Assembly (NCBI GenBank): GCA_904063045.1
Contig: CAJFCJ010000046.1
Location: 240,892-304,891, forward strand
Origin: Dimorphilus gyrociliatus
Lineage: Eukaryota > Animalia > Annelida
Length of the DNA: 64,000 bases
Direction: 5' to 3'
Shown here: piece by piece, positions 26,362-36,867 of the stretch
How positions within the stretch are numbered: position 1 is the first letter of the stretch
How the letters are laid out: each line of letters starts with the position of its first letter
Notes under the pieces: generated by a model
Databases searched by the model: none
Told to the model about the DNA's origin: nothing
What the model saw: the letters and a program-made list of their open reading frames with translations, nothing else
Translations under genes and position numbers: made by a program

Positions 26362-27323
26362 TTGATCATTTTCAACTTCCGGTTGTTGCTTATGTTAATA
26401 AATAATTTGTTTTTGTGGAACGAGAAACTGTCTCTTGAATATTCTTTACTGAAAGTGTTCAGCTAATAGTACATTTTCATGTTTATTGACCTTTCCTATG
26501 GACGCCATTTTGAAATTTTATAGAATTGTTTATCTAGTCTTGATATCCTTTTTTAAATTGAAAATTCTTTTTAATTCATTTTTGTTGATATTTTGTTGGA
26601 TGTCTCACAAAATATTAGAAATGTCTGAATTTTGAAATGGTTAACATCTTTGTAAATTTCATTTTATTTAAAATAGAAAATATTGTAAACGGGTATATCT
26701 AAAACAAGGTGTTGACTAAGAAATAGTGATATATCGATTTTTAAAGGACAGATGCAAGATGTGACTAAATAAAAATTCCTGCAATTACAATACAAAAAAC
26801 TACAATAAGACTAAACATTACATTGTACAGAAGAAGCTTATTTGGCTGAAACCTTTTTTCAAATGGGGATATTTTTAGATTATCTTAAATGATTAGATGA
26901 TGTGAATGTTGCAGTAAAATTTTATATTCTCTGGGTTTTGGTTTTTAATATCCAAGTAGCACTTTATAAAGTTCTGGGTTCACTTTGTCAAAGATTTCTC
27001 AAGATGAAATAAAACAATGTCATATTCGATGCGTAACAATCTCACATTGCTCGTTTTCATTCCATGTTTAAGTAATACCCTTTTGCGATCTTTTTAGATT
27101 TGTTTATATGGATTATAGACTAATGAATATTCAATAAAAACAAAATGAAAATGAAACAACAATGGAAACAGAAAAAAATACTCCATAATTTCAAAATGGC
27201 GACAATAAAAAAATATTATTAGTGAAGAAGAGGTAAAGTGTTGAAATTGTTTAAAATTATGTATAGAGAATGTTCAAAGAATTCATTTTCTCAAAATGGC
27301 TGCCAATAAAGGTGTATATATTA

Positions 27324-28394
27324 CTAGGCTGACAAGTTCACAATGTGTGTGTTGTTTACTTTTTTATTTTTTAAATTCATCTTTACAGGAGTAGTTGATT
27401 TCATACGAGGAGGATATCTCAAACAAGAGATGACCTTCAAGAATTCTGCTTTAAAAGTCTCACCACACAGACAATAGAATATAAAATTAGCCATATGATT
27501 CAAATGAGCTAATGTGACAGCTATTCCAGATGTTATACTACTCACTAATAGTGACATATTCTGAAGTAGGCCAGCCGTATTTAAAAAACTTCGTATAACT
27601 AATGGTAAAGTTGTTAGTACAAAAAATGTTGATAATGCAAGTGTTAGAACAACTAATCTAGCTGCTGATGATTTCAAATTATCTACCCGTTTATTATCTC
27701 CAATATTACCCATTTTTTTAATATGTCTTCGTAGTTTAACAATAATCAAAATGTTCAATAGTGCCATAGAAAAGCATGGAAAAATACTATACATTGTATT
27801 TGCAGTCGATTGCAAATGTGCAGTAAAGGGAAAGTCCATATCTACAAGACAAAAAATTTGCTGCGAAGATGCTCTAACGGCACCAGTAAAAATAAAAAAT
27901 ATACTAAAGTCAATTCCTATAGCATAGATCGATATAATTGAAATTACTATCTTGAAAACTGTAGGAGTTGACCATATTTTTGATTTTGTTGGAAAAGTAA
28001 CGCATAAGAAACGATCGAATGTAACAGCAATAAGGGTTAATGATGATATTTGACCCAAAGTGTATGATAGAAATGTATAGAGTCTACAACTGCTCCATAA
28101 ATATACTTTAACATCTATAATTTCAATTGTCAGATACGAAATGGATTGAAGAATTAACGATACTGACATTAGCCAATCAGCAATTGTCACAATCAGAATA
28201 TATCTAAAAACAGTCACCAACCTTAATTTACTCTTGACAATTGTAACTATGGAAAGTAAATTGAAAGGAATACCAATAATTAATGCCAATACTAATGTAA
28301 TAATCGGAAACACTTTATTTAACAACAATATAACAGTTTCAAAATCATCTGGTAGTCTGGTTACTGTTCTATTCACTGATGTATTCATTCTCAC
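27324..28394 (-). CDS. Intronless rhodopsin-class GPCR, peptide-receptor-like (FMRFamide/TRH-receptor-like group), 356 aa
   Basis: Seven hydrophobic segments, N-glycosylation sites at the N-terminus, TM3 TFDRFLCV, a TM6 TTLP proline and TM7 NHMANFIFYCLCGETF. Confidence 0.9.
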   Translation of the reverse strand: MRMNTSVNRTVTRLPDDFETVILLLNKVFPIITLVLALIIGIPFNLLSIVTIVKSKLRLVTVFRYILIVTIADWLMSVSLILQSISYLTIEIIDVKVYLWSSCRLYTFLSYTLGQISSLTLIAVTFDRFLCVTFPTKSKIWSTPTVFKIVISIISIYAIGIDFSIFFIFTGAVRASSQQIFCLVDMDFPFTAHLQSTANTMYSIFPCFSMALLNILIIVKLRRHIKKMGNIGDNKRVDNLKSSAARLVVLTLALSTFFVLTTLPLVIRSFLNTAGLLQNMSLLVSSITSGIAVTLAHLNHMANFIFYCLCGETFKAEFLKVISCLRYPPRMKSTTPVKMNLKNKKVNNTHIVNLSA

Positions 28395-28889
28395 TCTAAA
28401 AAATTTTCTCCACTTGCCAATTAGAATAATTGAACTGAAAATGAAAGTAAATCATAAACACACTTATATATTCTTTTCAAAGATAATAATGGTAATTTTT
28501 GTCAGGTTAACCAGTCTAATTACTTTATCTAAACATTTCAAACACGAGAGTGTTAGGTTAACTTGTCAAAGATTGAGAATTAGAGTTATTATCCTCTGAA
28601 ATATGAAACAACACAAATGAGTATAATTAACAAGATTAATTTGATATGGCCGCCATTTTTAAAAAAATGTAAACAGTCGATAAAAAATTCAATGATCACA
28701 AAAGAACAAAAGTTCCATTTTGAAGACAAAGAATGAAGAATGAATGTGTTTTCATTATTCCAAAAAAATTCCTTCTCTGCCTAAAAGTAGACCTCTATAC
28801 CAGAATAAGATTTTCAAACTTTATCCTTTCCTCTCCTCTTATCTTACAATTCTGTAAATATACTCTCCTCACTATTTAATGACTTTCTA

Positions 28890-29240
28890 AATCCTTTGTA
28901 AATGTTCAATATTGATATGAACGTATTTTCAGATTCAATTTTGGAACAACATTTTAACAAGTTTTCAATCTTTTTACTGTATAAAATTCAAATTACCTAA
29001 AATCAAAATTCTTGAAGGTGTTTGATGATATTTTCAGTCCTTTGCAAATATCTAATATGCCATTATTTATGACTATTACAAGACAGATCTATTGTTTCTA
29101 ATTCAAAACAATATCTCGACAAATTTCCAATTTCTCCCTAATGTTGTTCATTTAAATAGCAATCTTGAAAATAAATTCTCTTCAAAGTACTCGATGATGA
29201 TTAAAGTCCCCCCTGAAAATTTGTGAAAATCCATTTGTCA
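28890..29240 (-). pseudogene. Degenerate NLR-type LRR fragment
   Basis: Nucleotide similarity to 14850-15200 (e.g. GATATTTGCAAAGGACTGAAAATATCATCAAACACCTTC); multiple stops. Confidence 0.6.
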
Positions 29241-29749
29241 TTCTCAATTCATAAAATTGCAATGTATGATTTAAAAAAAAAAATGATGATAGAGTAAACA
29301 TGCATTTTCTTTAATCTCTCATAGAACCTTTTTTGCTATAGTTGATACAGATGCTATAATTAAATTTATGTAGAAAATAGATTCACTTTGAAATACATAA
29401 ATACGACTGACTCATTCCTTCTACTGTAAACATTCAGTAGGGATATATAAGCCTATTCTCCTATTTCCTATAGATAAATTAATATATATTTTGACGACAC
29501 CTGCTACAGACTATTTGCAAACTTTTGATGTATAATCTCATTGAGTTAGTTTTTTAAAACTGACAAACAAAAACAAATATGATTCATAATTTCATTTTAG
29601 GAATAGCAACCAGATTTATTTATAACCTTGTCTATACCACGCAGTTATAAAATCAAAGAGTTTAAGATATTAACCACGAAAAATATAAAGTGAACCATGG
29701 ATGATGATGAAATATTTCCACCTATGATTCTTTGGGGCAACTTAGAAAT

Positions 29750-30535
29750 GTTGTCAGACGAGGATTTGACTTGATAATGCAATCAGCTTCTTTTAAAAAT
29801 ACTGAACATTTTGATGGGTTGGTCATATTTTTTAAAGATCTAAATTATGATCAGCAGACAACAATTACTGATTTAAAGGAAAAGTTTAAACAACTCAACT
29901 ATTTGGTTCTATTTGAAGATAATCTGTATAATAAAATTGATTTAGAGAGTACAATTTTGAAAATGAGCCAGGAATTAGAATATTTACATAAAAAACCAAT
30001 TTTTATCTTTCTACTGTCTGATAATTGGCATGCTAATGGCACTTTTCTACAAAATATACTAAGTTTCACTACTCGACACTTTACATCGCTTAAATGTCTT
30101 TTTGCGATTGGAAACAGGAAAGGTTTGCATTCCAATAGATTTCATATTTTTCCCTTCATTCTTTCTATCATCACCTTCACACTTACAGGACACGTACAAG
30201 GTGATAACGAGATTCTTGATATAATTAATCAATTGGGTACGATGAAGAATATCGTGATGGTGTTCAGTACGAGAGCAGGTTGTTTGTCATTGATTATTCT
30301 CATCATTTCACTATTTTCATCAATTTTCTGTTTAGGTAAAGAGTGTCAAAGGAATGAAAAAGGGTCTCTATTCCTAAATGCTTTTCTGGATCTTCTTCAA
30401 TCGAATTCTAAATTGGATATTGAAAATTTTATCTTGAAAGTAAAGAGAGGAGTTGTAGATGACAGTAAAGTGTTGGGTAAAAAAATTCAAGTTCCAGTTG
30501 TAATTGACACAATTCAAAGAGTATTCTACTTTTGA
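29750..30535 (+). CDS. Caspase-fold (peptidase C14) protein lacking the catalytic dyad; two in-frame introns (30123-30188, 30279-30335); 5' end unresolved
   Basis: p20-like GFDLIMQSASF and p10-like STRAG/KECQRNEKGSLFLNAF...QVPVVIDTIQRVFYF. Two hydrophobic inserts in the ORF track are stop-free GT..AG introns of 66 and 57 nt. SHG is replaced by SDN and QACRG by GNRKG. Confidence 0.75.
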   Translation, partial: VVRRGFDLIMQSASFKNTEHFDGLVIFFKDLNYDQQTTITDLKEKFKQLNYLVLFEDNLYNKIDLESTILKMSQELEYLHKKPIFIFLLSDNWHANGTFLQNILSFTTRHFTSLKCLFAIGNRKGLHSNRFHIFPFILSIITFTLTGHVQGDNEILDIINQLGTMKNIVMVFSTRAGCLSLIILIISLFSSIFCLGKECQRNEKGSLFLNAFLDLLQSNSKLDIENFILKVKRGVVDDSKVLGKKIQVPVVIDTIQRVFYF

Positions 30536-30904
30536 GCAATGTTCTACCTTTCATCTTATAACATCTCACCTTGTGATATATGATTTTCTACATGATTTGG
30601 AAAAATTCGAATTTCATCATCTACATATGTCTATGTAAATACTAAGGTCAAGGACAAAACAAAAAGAAAAAATGATTATACCAGCCATTGCTGATTCAGT
30701 GGAACTATAAAAAATATAGAATAATTATATGAAACATTTGCAATTTAAATATAAAATTCCCAAATATCTCATTCAACTAAATTGATTATTGAATAGATTA
30801 ATATTTATTTAACTTTCGCTCTCTTTGTCGTCTTGTTAAAGATTTGAAACATTATCATATTTGTAGCTAACACAATCTAAATCTAACTAATTTATGGTCG
30901 TTTT

Positions 30905-31270
30905 CGTTAGGTGGGTCCAATATTAAGGGTTAGGGGCATTAAAAAGGATTAGGCAAAAACAAGGGCTAGGTTAGGGTTGGGGTAAAACCATGGATTTATG
31001 AAATAGATAAATTCAGTTGGGAAGAGAAGAAAATTTCTTGTATCATTACAAGTAGTTAGTTGTGCAATAATCAGTAAATTTCTGTTAAAATGACAACTTA
31101 AGATGTTGGTCATGTGACTACTATTTTTAAATTGTTACATATTATATAATGTGTTGTAATAGCATTTCATAGTTCACAAATCAGTTGCTATCTTCTTCTT
31201 CCTAACCATTTCTCAATCCAAAATATCTAGTCTTGAAATTTCTCATTTGTGGACGTTTTCTGTCGACCCC
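30905..31270. mobile_element. Two half-copies of MITE family A in opposite orientation (30905-31000 plus; 31181-31270 minus)
   Basis: GGTTAGGGTTGGGGTAAAACCATGGATTTATG, and CTCATTTGTGGACGTTTTCTGTCGACCCC (TIR). Confidence 0.7.
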
Positions 31271-31398
31271 TTTAAATCTTACTCATTAAACATGAATCAG
31301 TGCAGAAATATGAGTAGTTTATTTAAAATATGCTCAGAATTAGAAACAATTGATCTTCAATGGAATACAAATATGGGAATAGGATTTTTTCCATGGAC

Positions 31399-32388
31399 TC
31401 ACTTGTCTATCATTCGATAGTCTGCGAGATCTAGATTTTGGAAATTTCTTTTAATATTGAAAATACATAAATAACTCATTGTAAAGTGATTGTAAGTTTG
31501 ACGAGAGAACAATTGAAAATGACATACAATTGTAAGTATTACAATTGCAAAGATAAATACATTTATCATACATATCCCTCTCTGTAAAATATTCATTATT
31601 TGTATGCAACAGTTTGCATTCATTTAAATATTCCATTTTAAATGTAGAAATAACGTTAAAAAATCCTTATAACCAAAAACGTCCAATTCGCATAGGATGA
31701 GAACTGCAGGATTGGCGACGATAATTGCTGATAAATAACGACCAATTGTTGATTTTGGACATCTCACAGTTAAATAGGGAGGCAATCTTCCGAAGATTTT
31801 CCAATTTATCAGCAGTTTTGCTCTAGCAATTGTTGTTACTGCCAAAATTCGGCTGTTTCTCTAATATGGTAAAAGCACATTTAATACCATTTTGTCCATA
31901 AATCCAATTAGTTTCACCATCAACAGCAAAACCAGGGTTTATTAGATCGTCATAATAACTACTTCCGGTTGCTGGTTTATTTTTAGCAATATTTGGCAAA
32001 CTCCATATTTCAATTTGACAAATATTAATACCGCCAAATACATTTCTTTAAAATATAACTGTACTTGCGTAATGTGGTTTGTTGGAGAATTTAAATGTTT
32101 TAGTTCGAGAAGGTCCAAGTGTAGAAGTAAAAGAGTAAAATATTTCAAATTGATTGATGTCTATTGTAGAAATATTTCTTGATAGTTTGGTACCAACAAT
32201 TATATCATTAACTCTTTCCGGAAATGATGCTCTATTCAGAATCCTTATTGTCTGAATGATATATGATCCTTCGAATTGAATTAAATAAAATGGAAATGGT
32301 TTCGCTACAATTCCATATTCTATATTCTCCACTATTGAATGGGATTGCATTGATGAAGGTAGAACAATTGTCTTTGATTTCATTTCTT
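31399..32388 (-). pseudogene. F-type lectin/F5-8-type-C domain gene with a possible PAN-like tail, 5'-truncated
   Basis: IQTIRILNRASFPERVNDIIVG and VRCPKSTIGRYLSAII..LILCELDVFG are fucolectin-fold signatures; DKCIYLCNCNTYNCMSF is PAN-like. The pieces lie in different frames. Confidence 0.55.
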
Positions 32389-32951
32389 ATACGAATCCTG
32401 GTTTCTAAATTTTTTATTGGTGAATGACAATGAATGTTTGTCCCAATTGCAAAATTGCTTCCTTTTTGATTGATGCTTGCTTTACATTTTCTTTTTTTGC
32501 TTCTTACAGAACAAGTCCATACAGTAGTTGTTTCTGTTTTTAATTTAATAGTATATGAAAAGCTTTTGTGAAAAAGTAAGTCTTTGCCTTTTTGACTTCC
32601 ATTTGGCAGAATTTTAAAATGAAAATCGTCAGAAGAATTTTCTTTGGCAGATGTTTCACTTTCAAAAGATTCTTCATCAATTTTTTCAGATTCTATATAT
32701 GCATTTTGAATTGTTCCAAAATTTTCAATTTCAATTTCATTATCATATTCAATGTCACTTCCATTGATGATATTTTCTTTGCCAACCATACTTTCATCAG
32801 AATTGTCATTGCTACTCCAAGATAAAGATAATCTTAATTCATCTGTGAATTCTTCAGTACTTTTTTTTTGACCTTGACTAATCTCTCCTTTCTCTTCCAT
32901 ATATAATTTTTCCTCCTTTATCTTGTTATTGTCCTCAATATTCTTTTCCAA
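32388..32951 (-). mobile_element. FLYWCH zinc-finger fragment, probably the N-terminus of a Mutator-like transposase
   Basis: Acidic linker, then FHKSFSYTIK..TTVWTCSVRSKKRKCKASI...HCH (F-Y-W-C-C-H-H). It fuses directly to lectin sequence near 32388; no DDE domain. Confidence 0.7.
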
Positions 32952-34168
32952 AAAATCAATTTTTTTTCTCTTTCCTCATTAGGTTTTACAATAGAGTTAA
33001 TATTCTTTACAACACATGCCCTTTGTTTTTCTGGATCATCAATTTAATGGTGATTTAAAAGGAAAATTCTTTGGCAATTGTTCATTTTTGTGCAGTCATC
33101 TAGCCACTTGCATGTAAATATTGAAAATTTTCCAGAATGTCATTAACAATCAGTCATTTTTTTTAATGTAATATTTTTTTTCAGATCCTATAATTTTCAG
33201 GGCGAATATTGTTTTCTACTCTTCAATTTACATTAAGATTGACTAGCGAACTTCAGGATGACGGTGCCAATAACTATTAGTATTAAACTAATCTCTACAT
33301 AACAATAATGGCAACAGAAATGCCTGGTGACACATATCTCCTTCATTATCCACAAATCATTATTTCAATATTTCATTTATAACACAAAACAAAAAAGTTA
33401 TACATTGTAATGTCAAGGTCAAAATGATTTTCTTAATTTATGAGAACACTTGGATTTTCTTTCTTTCTCTATTCAGTTATATACAGTATTACATATTTCT
33501 TTTCAACTATTAAATCAAATATTCAATTCAAAATTGATTAATTTTTTAATTAAATTGATAATTAATCATTTAACCAATTGATCAGTCATTTTAGTTGAGT
33601 TTTTCGTGTTTTTTAAAAAAGAATGAATAGTTTCCTATCTTGGATTGTCACTATTTTAATAGTAATTATAATTGGCAGTTAAATATTTAAAAAAGTTTGT
33701 GTTTATAATAGATTCAATTCTAAACAGCCTACAAAGAACAAGATAAAAAAAAATGCTCAGAATACCAACATTGGATGATAAAAACATATGTTGAAGAGAA
33801 TGATAAATATTTTCTATACTTTTTAAATAGAGAATTTCTTTCAACTTGCCAATACAATTTTGATAATGAATTCCAACTTTACTGCCCATTTACCATGGAT
33901 AGTCAACCAAACGTGATTGGAAATGGAAATGAGATAATCTCCATCTTGATCTTGAAAATCAACTACTGTACACATATATTCACCTCAACAATCAACTTTA
34001 TCTTTAAGTGACAGATACAACAGTAAAATAAAAGAAAAAAACACTTGAAAAAAATCAAAAAATGATTATAAATGACATGAGCAAACAAACAAAACATATG
34101 ATTATTGAATTTTTCAACTATAAAACTAAACATAAATCTCCTTGTTTTTACAAAATTTAAAAGAAATA

Positions 34169-35597
34169 ATGAAATTCGTAACTATATTTTTAATTTGTAA
34201 ATATTCAATTTATTTTTCTCTCAATTATTTTTCGAATCACTTTTTATTCTTTCTGTCTCTCTATCTTTCTTTTTTTCCTTCTCTTTCTCTAAGAGTTAAA
34301 ACACTAATTGAATGGAACAACTCCCAATTTGCTTGTCCATTTGACTCTGAATTAAAACCAATTGATGGCTCATATCCAGATCCAGAAAACTGTGGAATTT
34401 ATTATCATTGTATCAATGGTACTGCACATCCACAGCAATGTCCACCTGGACTTTTATTTACCGTTTCCATAACAAACTGCAAATATTCAATACAGGGTCG
34501 GGTGCGAACGTACCTGTTAGCAAATATTTACAACCCTGAAAACATTTTAGGAAAGGGTAAGTTTGAAAATTTGATTGGATTTATTGTTAGAGGGGCTCCA
34601 ATTTAGGGTTAACACAGATATAACAGTCAACTTCAGATATATTGAGGTAGGCTTCAACCCTCCAAGGGTACGTTCGCACCCCCACCCATTCAATACAATT
34701 TAATACAACTAATAACACACTAAATATTGAAAAGAATGGTTACTATTTTCTCTCAACAACTGGTACAACAGCATTATTGGATACCAACCATTTCTTAATG
34801 GACTCATTGAATCTAGGAAATGATATAAGTTTACATCAAACATCAAGTTCTAGTAAAGGAACATTTTGTAGATAAGGAATTTATGCTATAACGGCTCTTT
34901 ATCCCCAACCTTTCATTGAGTTCACTTTTCCAACTGCAGCTATAAGCAGTGAAGATGGTTTTAAAACATCTTGGTCAGGTTTTAGGTATGAAGCAAACAG
35001 TGTATTCTTTGTTGGTCCAAGGTCTGATTTCTCCACTGTAAGACAACCAATTCTATTTACCCAGATTGTTTCACTGAGGGGTGTCAGTATAAGTAATGAC
35101 TATACACATATAAGAATATTATCACCTGGATGGTATTTTATCAACTTTGGTGCTGGATTTTTAAATAGAATGCCTTGCAAAGCAAGCATAACATTAAATG
35201 GCAAATCTGTATCTTTTGAGAGATCTATAACAAAAATTCATGGGAATTCCCTATTCTCTCAAGCATCTAGGGGTATAATTATTAAATTATATGAAAATGA
35301 CCAGGTATCATTAAAATTGCAGTTAGGCAGTGCAAGGGCAGGAAGAATATATACTTATGTAGCTGGATTTAAATTAAATGCAACTGAGCAAAGTCCTGCA
35401 TTTTATGCATATAGAACTAATGATGTAATAATAGCATTTAGATCAAAGATAACCTTTAATGCAATTGTCATTGACACAAATTCTAGTTGGAATTCTTCAG
35501 AAAATGCTCATAAGGTTGCAATTTCTGGACTCTATCATATTGATGTGTCTGTTGGCACATGGCCAAATTCACAATCTATAATATATATATATATATA
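34169..35597 (+). pseudogene. Disrupted tandem paralog of the CBM14/TSP1/C1q gene
   Basis: Near-identical first chitin-binding domain. The segment equivalent to ~37160-37750 is missing at a MITE insertion, there are stops in the C1q part, and the 3' end is cut at a (TA)n/Tc1 junction. Confidence 0.85.
34495..34687. mobile_element. MITE family B, 193 bp, with 10-bp TSD (Mutator-like)
   Basis: TIRs GGGTCGGGTGCGAACGTACC and GGTACGTTCGCACCCCCACCC; direct repeat ATTCAATACA at 34485-34494 and 34688-34697. Confidence 0.9.
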
Positions 35598-36180
35598 CCT
35601 GATGGGCTGTCCACTTTGGGTTTGATTTAGATGCCCTGGTAATTTGCCTTTCCATCTTTGGTGTCACTTTTTTTGGTCTACCACTTCTTTGTTTATCTTT
35701 GACAGACTTTAGCTCTTTAAATTTATTTTTTATGTTTTGAACAGTATTCGGACTACATTTAAAAACCTTTGCCACTTTTCAAATGAATGTTTCAGGTCTT
35801 TTCAGACAATTTAAGATAGAAATTTTTGTTGTGTCAGATAGCTTCACCATTTTATTTTAAATTTGTTAACTCTTTGATTACACATGCGCACACACATGAA
35901 TGACCTTAAAATCTGGTTAAAAGTGACACTACTCAATGATCAGGGTAAATTTTTCGAACATAAATAAAGCTTGCGGTTTTCCATAAATAGGCCTATCATA
36001 TTAAAGTGATCATATTTCTGAGATTTAAAATGGAAAACATATATTTTCTTTCTATAATGATAAGAAGAATATTATTAAATATAATAATATCCATCATTTT
36101 CATTCTTTAAGTACAGAAAGGGAAAACATCAAGAAAATATTATTTTTTTGAGGTGTAACACTGACTTACCACCTGTACTG
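35598..36180 (-). mobile_element. Tc1/mariner remnant (one end plus N-terminal HTH)
   Basis: AKVFKCSPNTVQNIKNKF...RSGRPKKVTPKMERQITRASKSNPKWTA (paired-like HTH with GRPR-type motif). The minus-strand end reads TA-CAGTACAGGTGG at 36180; truncated at a (TA)n tract. Confidence 0.8.
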
Positions 36181-36867
36181 TATATATTTCACATCAGATA
36201 TATGTCACTTCATTAGTTCAAAGAGTTGCTTCTATAAGTTTAAAATTTTTCTTAACATTTAAATTTATTATTTATAATATAAAATTTGGTCTTTAGTAAT
36301 TTTCAATCAGAGCTCTGGCTATTTTCATCCCACCTTTAGCCATTTTCTAATCTGGTTATTTTCAATCCTGGATGTTTTCTACCAGTCCCCATAAAGAGAA
36401 TGGCAAAAGTTTGCTATACTTTTAAAAAAGATAATATATTTTCAAGTTGTTAATACAATTATAAGAATAATATTCAAGTTTACTGCTCAATTAGCCTGGA
36501 ACAGTCAACAAAATATACCTGAAGATGGAAATGAGGTAATTTGTGTCTTGAAATTGTAAGAATAAAACTTTATACATATATTCACCCCAACAGTTAGCTT
36601 TATCTTTTTTAATGCTTATAAATGACTTCTAAAACAATAAGATAAAAGAAAAAAACACTTGAAGACAAAAAATTTGATTATAAATGAATGATAGATTATG
36701 AATTTGATTTAGATTTCAATAAAATCTCGTTCATTTCATTTTCTTACCTTATTTCATTTTATCTGTAAAACAACTCTAATCAAAAGCAAAAAAGTAAAAT
36801 TGTTGGATTTTTCAACTATAAAAGTAACCAAAAATCTCATTGTTTTATAGTAGACTAAAAAGAAATT

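Noticed and set aside
14285-28660. Recurrent AAAATGGCG/CGCCATTTT motifs (14291, 26493, 27193, 28650) as a novel element
   Set aside because: They match the common YY1-type promoter motif, and two of them are explained by the old inverted paralogy.
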